A program made the translations under genes and the position numbers. A model generated the notes under the pieces. That model was given only the letters and a program-made list of their open reading frames with translations, ran no database searches and was not told the origin of the DNA. A stretch of DNA of 45,101 bases from Candidatus Pacearchaeota archaeon (GTDB lineage: Archaea > Nanobdellota > Nanobdellia > Pacearchaeales > GW2011-AR1), in NCBI GenBank assembly GCA_018304055.1, contig JAGVWY010000019.1:6415-51515 (forward strand). Direction: 5' to 3'. Positions 25,086-32,020 of the stretch are shown in pieces. Position 1 is the first letter of the stretch, and the number at the start of each line of letters is the position of its first letter.

Positions 25086-25307
25086 TCTAAAAATATGCAA
25101 AAAATGGGAAAGTGAGGGTTGAATTGAACAAAATGATGAAAAAATAAATAATAAAACTATAAAAATTAAGAAAAGTGAGAGTTGCAATGAAAAAAATTAG
25201 GTGTAAAGATATATGAAGATTAAAAAAGTGAACTTAAATTAATAAAAACCTAAATAAACTCTTAAAAATGAGAGTTAAATTAAATAAAACTCTGGTAAAA
25301 GTGAGAA
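25041..25307 (+). repeat. array of six degenerate AAAGTGAGAGTT(A/G)AATT(A/G)AA-type direct repeats
   Basis: GTGAGAG-type cores lie at 25041, 25112, 25175, 25228, 25268 and 25301. Spacings are 71, 63, 53, 40 and 33 nt. The array sits between two convergent winged-helix genes. Confidence 0.55.
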
Positions 25308-25513
25308 AAATGACTATTTTAAAAGGATTGAGGCGAGTCTATTAACAAAGTTTATGTAGCGCCTATAAATATAAAATTTTGGTGTTTAAGAGCTTATAAA
25401 ATAAAAAAGCGAGTAACAGAATTAAATTAGCTTTAGCTATCCTTAATTAAAGCCGTTACACCGAAATTAAAATAATTTTTATAAAACTATTTGTAGGTTT
25501 AAATAATCATATA

Positions 25514-26218
25514 TCAAAGTTCTCTTAACTTAATAATTGTAGAGAGAGAGGCTATTTTCTTCAGTTCAGGGGATATGTTGAGAGTGATTCTTTTGTTATT
25601 TATTTTAGTTTTTTTTATAGGAACCCCTTTATTTATTATCCTTTGAGTATAATCTCTTATAGAGCTCTCACTAAGTTTTAGGATCCTTGATAAATCCTCA
25701 TAAGTTATGTATTCTTTGTGTTGCTCCTCTAATTGGTAGATAGTAGTAAAAACAAGCATTTCTTGGGAAGTTAACTGTTTAAATTTTAGTCTAATTTCTT
25801 TCCTTATTCCATCGAGTGAATCGAGAATTTGTGATGCTTCTTTTATGTTTTTTTCTATGCTTTTTTGTCTGATTTCCTCTCCTTTTTTAGATAAAAAATG
25901 TGTTGGAGTGTCTGTTGGAGTGTCTGTCTGTCTGTCTGTTGGAACTCCTTTATTTCCTGTGGAAGTGCTTAAATTTAATTGTTTTAACCCCTGTATTTCC
26001 TGTGGAACTGTTGGATTATGTGTTGGATTAACAATATGTGTCTTAATTATCTGTCGAATTGTCGAAAGTTCGGTATAAAGGTTTTTATTAGTATTCTCTA
26101 AATTTTTTGAATAACCTTCTAGATTATTTAAAGCTGTTTTAAGTTTAAGAATCTCATCATTTAAAAAATTAATATCTTCTTTAACTTTCGAAAACGCGTT
26201 TTTAATATGAGGGTTCAT
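25514..26218 (-). CDS. coiled-coil + P/T-rich linker + C-terminal winged-helix DNA-binding protein (same architecture as 24456..25085)
   Basis: Heptad-like N-terminus. The linker reads NPTHNPTVPQE ... PTDRQTDTPTDTPTH. The C-terminal domain reads LTSQEMLVFTTIYQLEE..ITYEDLSRILKLSESSIRDYTQRIINKG. Confidence 0.6.
   Translation of the reverse strand: MNPHIKNAFSKVKEDINFLNDEILKLKTALNNLEGYSKNLENTNKNLYTELSTIRQIIKTHIVNPTHNPTVPQEIQGLKQLNLSTSTGNKGVPTDRQTDTPTDTPTHFLSKKGEEIRQKSIEKNIKEASQILDSLDGIRKEIRLKFKQLTSQEMLVFTTIYQLEEQHKEYITYEDLSRILKLSESSIRDYTQRIINKGVPIKKTKINNKRITLNISPELKKIASLSTIIKLREL
25901..25939. repeat. 12-mer x2 followed by (TGTC)x4 microsatellite inside a CDS
   Basis: The sequence reads TGTTGGAGTGTC TGTTGGAGTGTC TGTC TGTC TGTC TGT, read directly. 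The four TGTC units are at 25921-25936; the first of them is the tail of the second 12-mer. Confidence 0.9.
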
Positions 26219-26249
26219 TGGATAATAAGGAAGTGGGTTTATTTAATAT

Positions 26250-26531
26250 TTATGAGAGTCTTTTATAATTTTTTGAGTGAAAAACTTCATATACTTTGTT
26301 TGACAACTTCCATCTTATTCTTCTTGAAAACAAATCCCCTTTATTATTCTTTTTTATTGGAATTACTAAATTTTTTCCTTTTAGATTAAATAATAATTTT
26401 TTAACAAATTCTTCATCCCTAGCTATTTCCTTAGCTATCTCTGCGGTAAATGGGTTTTTAGGAAAAGTTTGATATAAATAAGAGAGTATCTGTTCTGCAA
26501 TCCTATCTTTTTTTTCTTGACTTAGTTTCAT
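26250..26531 (-). CDS. small winged-helix-like protein
   Basis: The 93-aa ORF has FTAEIAKEIARDEEFVKKLLFNLKGKNLV, which resembles an HTH recognition helix plus wing. It lies directly upstream of 25514..26218 on the same strand. Confidence 0.5.
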   Translation of the reverse strand: MKLSQEKKDRIAEQILSYLYQTFPKNPFTAEIAKEIARDEEFVKKLLFNLKGKNLVIPIKKNNKGDLFSRRIRWKLSNKVYEVFHSKNYKRLS

Positions 26532-26617
26532 TATTTTGTATAGTAAAAACTATTTTTAAATCTGTTGCAGATAAGTTTATAATAAAAAAGAATTTTCATA
26601 TTAGAAGGAGTTCTAAA

Positions 26618-26845
26618 ATGAATATAGAATACGCTAAAAGAAAGAATGAAATAGACCTAATTGGTATTTTTGATCCTCTAATAAAAGAATGGTTTTTTAA
26701 GAAATTCAGGAAGTTCTCAGAAAGCCAACTGTATGGTATTAATTACATTAACGAAAGAAAAAATATCTTAATAAGTGCAAGTACTGGTAGTGGAAAAACG
26801 CTTACAGGTTTTTTAGGTATAATTAATTATTTGATTAGGAGTTAG
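26618..26845 (+). CDS. Lhr-type DExH helicase, N-terminal fragment (frame-disrupted gene)
   Basis: GAAGGAG upstream of the ATG. It reads LIKEWFFKKF..SESQ..NILISASTGSGKTL (Q motif plus Walker A) and then hits a premature TAG at 26843. Confidence 0.75.
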   Translation: MNIEYAKRKNEIDLIGIFDPLIKEWFFKKFRKFSESQLYGINYINERKNILISASTGSGKTLTGFLGIINYLIRS

Positions 26846-26877
26846 AAGAAAAAATCTATTGTATTTATTCAAGTCCT

Positions 26878-29175
26878 TTGAAAGCGCTAAATAATGATAT
26901 TTATGTTAATTTAATAAAACCTTTAGAAGAAATATATAGCCTTGCTCATATTAAAGGAGTAAAACTCCAGAAAATAAGAGTTGGATTAAGAACTGGGGAT
27001 ACAAGTGTTAATGAAAAAAACAAAATGCTTAAAAATCCTCCCCATATATTCATAACAACTCCTGAAAGTTTGGCTATTTCACTAACCACAAAAAAGTTTA
27101 TTGAACATTTTTATGGTGTAGAATTTATTATTATAGATGAAATCCACTCATTAGGAAATAAAAGAGGAGTTTATTTAAGCTTGAGTTTAGAGAGGTTAGA
27201 GGAGCTTAGTAAGATAACTCCAGTTAGAATCGGGTTAAGTGCCACAATTGCTCCTTTGGAAGAAGTAGCACTTTTTTTAACCGGGAACAGAGATTGTATC
27301 GTAGCAGATGTTAAAACTGAGAAAAAAAGCGATATAAAAGTACTGACTGCAGGAAGTTTAATTGATGACTTAAAATCAGATTCTTCCCTTTATAGTTTAA
27401 TGGATAAACTAATTCAAGAACATAAAACAACAGTTATATTTACTAATACAAGGTCAGCTACTGAACGAGTTGTAAATCATTTAAAAGAAAGATTCCCAGA
27501 GAATTATTTTAATAATATAGAGGCACATCATTCTTCGTTAAGTAAAGAGCATAGGTTTTTAGTAGAAGATAAGTTAAGAAAAGGTGAATTAAAGGTTGTT
27601 GTAAGTAGCACTAGCTTAGAATTGGGAATTGATATAGGATATATTGATTTAGTCATTTTATTGGGAAGCCCTAAAAGTAGCGCTAGAGCTTTGCAAAGAA
27701 TTGGAAGAGCAGGACACAAACTCCATGACGTGTCTGTGGGCAGGTTTATTGTTTTAGATAGAGATGATTTGGTTGAATGTAGTATATTGGCTAAAGAAGG
27801 TATTGAAAGAAAAATTGATAATATCTATATACCAAGAAACTGTTTAGATGTTCTAAGTCAGCAGATTTATGGTATGTGTATTCAAAGAGTGTGGAATATA
27901 GATGAGATGTTCCATTTAATTAAAAAAAGTTATTGTTATAAAGATTTAACAAAAGAAGATTTTATGAGTGTTATTAGTTATCTAGCTGGAGAATACGCTT
28001 TGGAGCATAGGAATGTATATGCTAAAATATGGTATGATAATAAAACAAAGCAAGTTGGGAAGAAGGGGAAATTGGCTAGGGTTATTTATTTAACTAATGT
28101 TGGTACAATTCCAGAAGAAAGTTTTGTCACAGTAATAAGTGATGATAAAAAAATTGGTGTTATTGATGAAATATTTTTAGAGAAAATGAAACAAGGAGAT
28201 GTTTTTGTATTAGGGGGTAGAAAATATCAATTCTTATACACTAGAGGAATGAAAGTTTATGTTAAATCAGGAGTTAAAAGAAATCCTACAATTCCGAGTT
28301 GGTTTTCGGAACAATTACCTTTAAGCTTTGATTCAGCATTGGAAATAGGAAAATTTAGAAAATTAATTAACGAGTTGTTTGAAAAAAAGAAAAATAAAAA
28401 AGGAATTAAGGATTTTATTAAAGAATATAGTTATAGTGATGAAGAAATTGCTGATCAAATCTATGATTACTTTTATGAACAGTTTTATTACGCGAGAATT
28501 CCCCACAAGTCTAAAATATTAATTGAAAGTTATAAAGGAGAAAAAAATTATATTGTGGTTCATAGTTTGTATGGAAGAAGAGTTAATGATGCTCTATCTA
28601 GAGCATTGGGATATTTAATGGGACAGAAAGTTGGAAGGGATATTGAAATAGGAATAAATGATAATGGTTTCTATTTTTCTGCTGAATCTTTGCCAATTGA
28701 TGAAGCATTAAAAAAATTGAGGCCTGAAAATTTACGAGAAGCACTTGAAGAAGCAATTGCTAAAACTGAAATTTTAAAAAGAAGATTTAGACATTGTGCA
28801 ACTAGAAGTTTAATGATTTTAAGAAATTATAAGGGAAGGGTAAAAACTGTGGGAAAGCAGCATATGAAAAGCCATTTTTTGTTGTCAGCTATAAATAAAA
28901 TAAGTAAAAACTTTCCGATATTAAAAGAAGCTAAAAGAGAGGTTTTAGAAGATTTAATGGATATTAAAAATGCTGAATTAGTGTTAAAATGGATAAATGA
29001 AGGAAAGATAGTCCTTGAAAAAATTACAACTAAGCTTCCAAGTCCTTTTTCACATAATTTAGTTATGCAAGGGTATAGTGATTTATTGAAGATAGAGGAT
29101 AAAATGGCTTTTATGAAAAGGATGCATGAAGAAATAATGAAAGAAATTAATAAAAAGAAAAATCAGAGTTATTAA
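26878..29175 (+). CDS. Lhr-type DExH helicase, main body (frame open from 26839; continues 26618..26845 after a minus-1 step)
   Basis: Upstream of the track start the frame reads ELEEKIYCIYSSPLKALNND. Then come IIIDEIHSL (DExH), LSATI, FTNTR, HHSSLSKEHR, SSTSLELGIDIG and QRIGRAGH, followed by a long Lhr-core C-terminal region. Confidence 0.85.
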   Translation: MKALNNDIYVNLIKPLEEIYSLAHIKGVKLQKIRVGLRTGDTSVNEKNKMLKNPPHIFITTPESLAISLTTKKFIEHFYGVEFIIIDEIHSLGNKRGVYLSLSLERLEELSKITPVRIGLSATIAPLEEVALFLTGNRDCIVADVKTEKKSDIKVLTAGSLIDDLKSDSSLYSLMDKLIQEHKTTVIFTNTRSATERVVNHLKERFPENYFNNIEAHHSSLSKEHRFLVEDKLRKGELKVVVSSTSLELGIDIGYIDLVILLGSPKSSARALQRIGRAGHKLHDVSVGRFIVLDRDDLVECSILAKEGIERKIDNIYIPRNCLDVLSQQIYGMCIQRVWNIDEMFHLIKKSYCYKDLTKEDFMSVISYLAGEYALEHRNVYAKIWYDNKTKQVGKKGKLARVIYLTNVGTIPEESFVTVISDDKKIGVIDEIFLEKMKQGDVFVLGGRKYQFLYTRGMKVYVKSGVKRNPTIPSWFSEQLPLSFDSALEIGKFRKLINELFEKKKNKKGIKDFIKEYSYSDEEIADQIYDYFYEQFYYARIPHKSKILIESYKGEKNYIVVHSLYGRRVNDALSRALGYLMGQKVGRDIEIGINDNGFYFSAESLPIDEALKKLRPENLREALEEAIAKTEILKRRFRHCATRSLMILRNYKGRVKTVGKQHMKSHFLLSAINKISKNFPILKEAKREVLEDLMDIKNAELVLKWINEGKIVLEKITTKLPSPFSHNLVMQGYSDLLKIEDKMAFMKRMHEEIMKEINKKKNQSY

Positions 29176-29252
29176 TTTCTTGGCTCTCCAAAATAGGATT
29201 TATAAAGATGAAAGAGATTGAAAAGAAGATTAAATAAAAAGGATTTTTAATT

Positions 29253-29831
29253 TTAATAAAGAGGATTTAAACTAGGCATATGTCCTATAGGTAATGGTTC
29301 TTGGAATAAAATCTGATAATCTTTTTTTAATAAAGAGAGGTTGCCATTTCTTGAATTAAATTCTGCTAAAAATCTCCCGAAAGTAGGATATGTAGAGGGG
29401 TTTAAGAAGCGGGGCTTTCTGAAATATTTTTGAAATAATTCAAGATTATTATCCTGGAACTGCATTGATGTGTTATCAGCAAAAGTAACTTCTATTACTC
29501 CATATTCATGCCAATCATGCCAATTTAATTTACAAATCCTGTTATATTTTTCATTTTTTCTTTCCACAACATATCCAAGAAATTCATCTAAAGAATATTT
29601 AAATATTTGATCTAAATCTCTCTCAATTTTTTCTCCAGTAACAGGGACGTCATAGATAAAAGATTGGTTATGTCTGTTAGCAAATACAACCGCTCCTCCT
29701 GACCCTATATGTTCAATAGAATCATATAAAAAATTTATTGAATATTCTTCTATTTCTTCTAAACTTTTTCCTAACATTCTAGCTAATTTTCTTTTACGCT
29801 CTTCTAAAGAGAAATCTTTAAATGAATCCAT
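29253..29831 (-). CDS. hypothetical protein
   Basis: 192-aa ORF with an ATG start. No motif recognised. Confidence 0.5.
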   Translation of the reverse strand: MDSFKDFSLEERKRKLARMLGKSLEEIEEYSINFLYDSIEHIGSGGAVVFANRHNQSFIYDVPVTGEKIERDLDQIFKYSLDEFLGYVVERKNEKYNRICKLNWHDWHEYGVIEVTFADNTSMQFQDNNLELFQKYFRKPRFLNPSTYPTFGRFLAEFNSRNGNLSLLKKDYQILFQEPLPIGHMPSLNPLY

Positions 29832-29923
29832 AAAGTTATTAAGTTTGTTTATTTAAAAATAATTAGATAATTTAAAAGGTTATAAAGTTTAATAGATCTT
29901 AAAGTATTAATATATTGAATTTT

Positions 29924-30727
29924 ATGAAAAACAATTTAAAGATAACTTATCTAAATGACTGCATTTTAATAGAAGATGTTCTCGTTATTGGAGATATTCA
30001 TGTAGGGTGTAATGAATATGGCGAGAGAGTGGTATTTCCAGGAATTCAATTAGAAGGAATTATAAATAAATTAGAAGAAATTTTTGGTTATTTAAAAAAG
30101 CAAAATAAAAAAATAAAAAAGATTATTCAACTAGGAGATTTTAAACATGATTTTGGGAATATAACTGATGTAGAATGGAGAGAAACTATTAAATTAATAG
30201 ATTATTTTATTAAAAAAGTAGGAGTAAAAAATTTATTTATTATAAAGGGTAATCATGACAATGTATTGGAACCCATTGTTAGAAAAAAAAGTATTAAGTT
30301 AAAAGAATTTTATAAATTGAAAAGAAAAAATCAGGATATATGTTTTATGCATGGAAACAAACTGTTTGAACAGTGTTTGAACGTTCAAACAAACAAACAA
30401 ACACTTAGAAAAAATACTATGGGGAACAAACAGACAAACAGACAAACAATATTTTTAGGGCATTTGCATCCTGCAATTACCCTTTCTGATAAATATAAAA
30501 GCGAAAAATATAAATGTTTTTTACATGGAAAATGGAATGGAAAGGAAGTTTATATTTTACCTAGTTTTAGTTCTTCTAGTTTTGGTTATGATTTAAGAGA
30601 TTTAGATGGTGGAAAAGAAAAATTTTTTATTATTCCATCAAAAGGCCTGAAAAATTTTGAAGTTATTATTTACAATAATAATGAAAAGAAAGAATATAAT
30701 TTTGGAAAATTGAAAGATCTAATTTAA
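29924..30727 (+). CDS. calcineurin-like metallophosphoesterase (MPE/Mre11-SbcD-like fold) with low-complexity Q/T/N insert
   Basis: Motifs GDIHVG, LGDFKHD, KGNHDN, MHGN and GHLHPA in canonical order. The ATG at 29924 is preferred over the TTG at 29915. Confidence 0.75.
   Translation: MKNNLKITYLNDCILIEDVLVIGDIHVGCNEYGERVVFPGIQLEGIINKLEEIFGYLKKQNKKIKKIIQLGDFKHDFGNITDVEWRETIKLIDYFIKKVGVKNLFIIKGNHDNVLEPIVRKKSIKLKEFYKLKRKNQDICFMHGNKLFEQCLNVQTNKQTLRKNTMGNKQTNRQTIFLGHLHPAITLSDKYKSEKYKCFLHGKWNGKEVYILPSFSSSSFGYDLRDLDGGKEKFFIIPSKGLKNFEVIIYNNNEKKEYNFGKLKDLI
30386..30448. repeat. (CAAA)x4 and (CAAACAGA)x2.75 repeats inside the metallophosphoesterase CDS
   Basis: (CAAA)x4 lies at 30386-30401. CAAACAGA CAAACAGA CAAACA lies at 30427-30448. 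Both read directly. Confidence 0.9.
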
Positions 30728-31138
30728 ATCTTTTTTCTGATTTTGGGGAGAAATTCTTGGCATAGGTATATGTAAAGGCAATCCAAGTTCGTCTTCTAAA
30801 TAGAGTGCTTTAACATTACATTTATTCATAATAAAATTGAATAAAGGGATTTTGGCTTTTTCTGGTATTTTTTTGTTTTTCCAGGAATCTAAAAATTCTT
30901 TTAACTCATCTTTTTCTGGAAGAATCACTAAACTCCCTTCAAATTCTAATTTAGCATAATTTTCAGAATACGCAATAGAAAGATTAAATTTAATATTCAA
31001 TGCTTCAAGATCAGAAATAGGTATTTTTTCTTTATTGATAGATTCTATATTTATATTTTGATTGATTGAAACATTTCTTTGGGGTTTTTCCTCTTTTTCT
31101 ACAGATATTTTTGTTAGATTAAAACCTATAATTTTCAT
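30719..31138 (-). CDS. hypothetical protein
   Basis: ATG at 31138 (MKIIGFNL..) is preferred over the TTG at 31156. No motif recognised. Confidence 0.45.
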   Translation of the reverse strand: MKIIGFNLTKISVEKEEKPQRNVSINQNINIESINKEKIPISDLEALNIKFNLSIAYSENYAKLEFEGSLVILPEKDELKEFLDSWKNKKIPEKAKIPLFNFIMNKCNVKALYLEDELGLPLHIPMPRISPQNQKKDLN

Positions 31139-31212
31139 AGTGCTTATAAAAAGCAAGAGTTTTTAAATATTATTATGGCTTTGAGTTGAAATCATAAACT
31201 TAATTCAATAGA

Positions 31213-31473
31213 TTACATTAAATCTTCTTCTGAAATGACAACAAAATCGCCTATAGCAATTATAGAATTATATGGAATAAGAACCTCTCCTTTTTTAGAA
31301 TATTCTAAATTAAGTTGCGAACAATAAGGGGTAGGGTCTTTTAAGACTATATGAATTAGTTCTCCAGTTCTAGTTTCAAAAGTAATGTCTTTTATAATTC
31401 CAAGTCTTCTTCCCTCTTTAGTTACAACAGGTTTTGAAAGAATTTCTTTATGAGGTCTTTTATCAATCATCAA
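31213..31473 (-). CDS. PRC-barrel domain protein
   Basis: ILSKPVVTKEGRRLGIIKDITFETRTGELIHIVL matches the PRC-barrel pattern (V..G..lG.i.d..fd...G.i..lvl). Confidence 0.6.
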   Translation of the reverse strand: MMIDKRPHKEILSKPVVTKEGRRLGIIKDITFETRTGELIHIVLKDPTPYCSQLNLEYSKKGEVLIPYNSIIAIGDFVVISEEDLM

Positions 31474-31557
31474 TTAAGTAAATAAGAGTTATTTATAAAC
31501 TTTATTATAGCGTGAAGATTAAAATTTGTATTTTAGTTTTGAATTTAATTTAAGACT

Positions 31558-31578
31558 CCCCATTATTTCGTATGGAAA
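31558..31578 (-). promoter_or_regulatory. ORB-like origin recognition box A (inverted orientation)
   Basis: The plus strand reads ccccattatttcgtatggaaa. Its reverse complement is TTTCCATACGAAATAATGGGG, which has the dyad-like TTCCA..GAA core plus a G-string. Confidence 0.55.
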
Positions 31579-31828
31579 GCTTTAAATAGAAAAAAATTTT
31601 TTATTGTTTTTTATTTTTATTTATAAATATTTATATTATTTATTATATATATTGATTTATTTATTATAAGTTTATAGTCATATGTTAAACTTTATTTTTT
31701 TAATTGAGTCTATTGAAATCTTTTAAGTTGCTTTTATTTTTAATATTTGCTTTATTATAACATTCTTGAAATATCTATTAAATTATAATTTTAAAATGTT
31801 TTAATTATTTTATTTTAGATAATACTCT

Positions 31829-31849
31829 TTTCCACAGGAATAATAGGGG
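31829..31849 (+). promoter_or_regulatory. ORB-like origin recognition box B
   Basis: TTTCCACAGGAATAATAGGGG has a perfect TTCC-ACA-GGAA dyad followed by GGGG. This is the architecture of archaeal ORB elements. Confidence 0.6.
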
Positions 31850-31927
31850 TGTGTAGATATATTTTAAATCTAGTTTTTTATTTATAATATTAATTTTTAT
31901 CCTATATCATTAAAAATTATATTTTTT

Positions 31928-31948
31928 TTTCCATATGAAGTTAAGGTG
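31928..31948 (+). promoter_or_regulatory. ORB-like origin recognition box C (degenerate)
   Basis: TTTCCATATGAAGTTAAGGTG has the same TTTCCA-N-GAA core with a weakened G-string. Confidence 0.4.
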
Positions 31949-32020
31949 TCACTTTTGAGAGGGTAATTAGGTTTAAATAGTATTAGTCTTTCCAATCATT
32001 TGGTCGAGGTGTCAAAAGTG

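Larger units (their letters stand above)
31474..31999. other. candidate chromosomal replication origin (oriC) with AT-rich unwinding region
   Basis: A 526-bp gene-free spacer directly upstream of orc1/cdc6. Three ORB-like elements bracket a roughly 250-bp almost pure A/T tract (31585-31825). Confidence 0.65.

Noticed and set aside
25041-25307. Possible CRISPR array
   Set aside because: The repeats are short and degenerate (about 80 percent similar at best). Spacing is irregular and shrinking (71 to 33 nt). The array begins inside a CDS, and no cas genes other than a distant stand-alone Cas4-like nuclease are present.
32000-32020. TTG start for orc1/cdc6 (track), and likewise TTG starts at 37488, 14349, 29915, 14238, 31156 and 19285
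   Set aside because: Each has an in-frame ATG a few codons downstream, with better spacing to a GAGGTG-like ribosome-binding site or a more typical N-terminus. The longer versions are kept only as alternatives.
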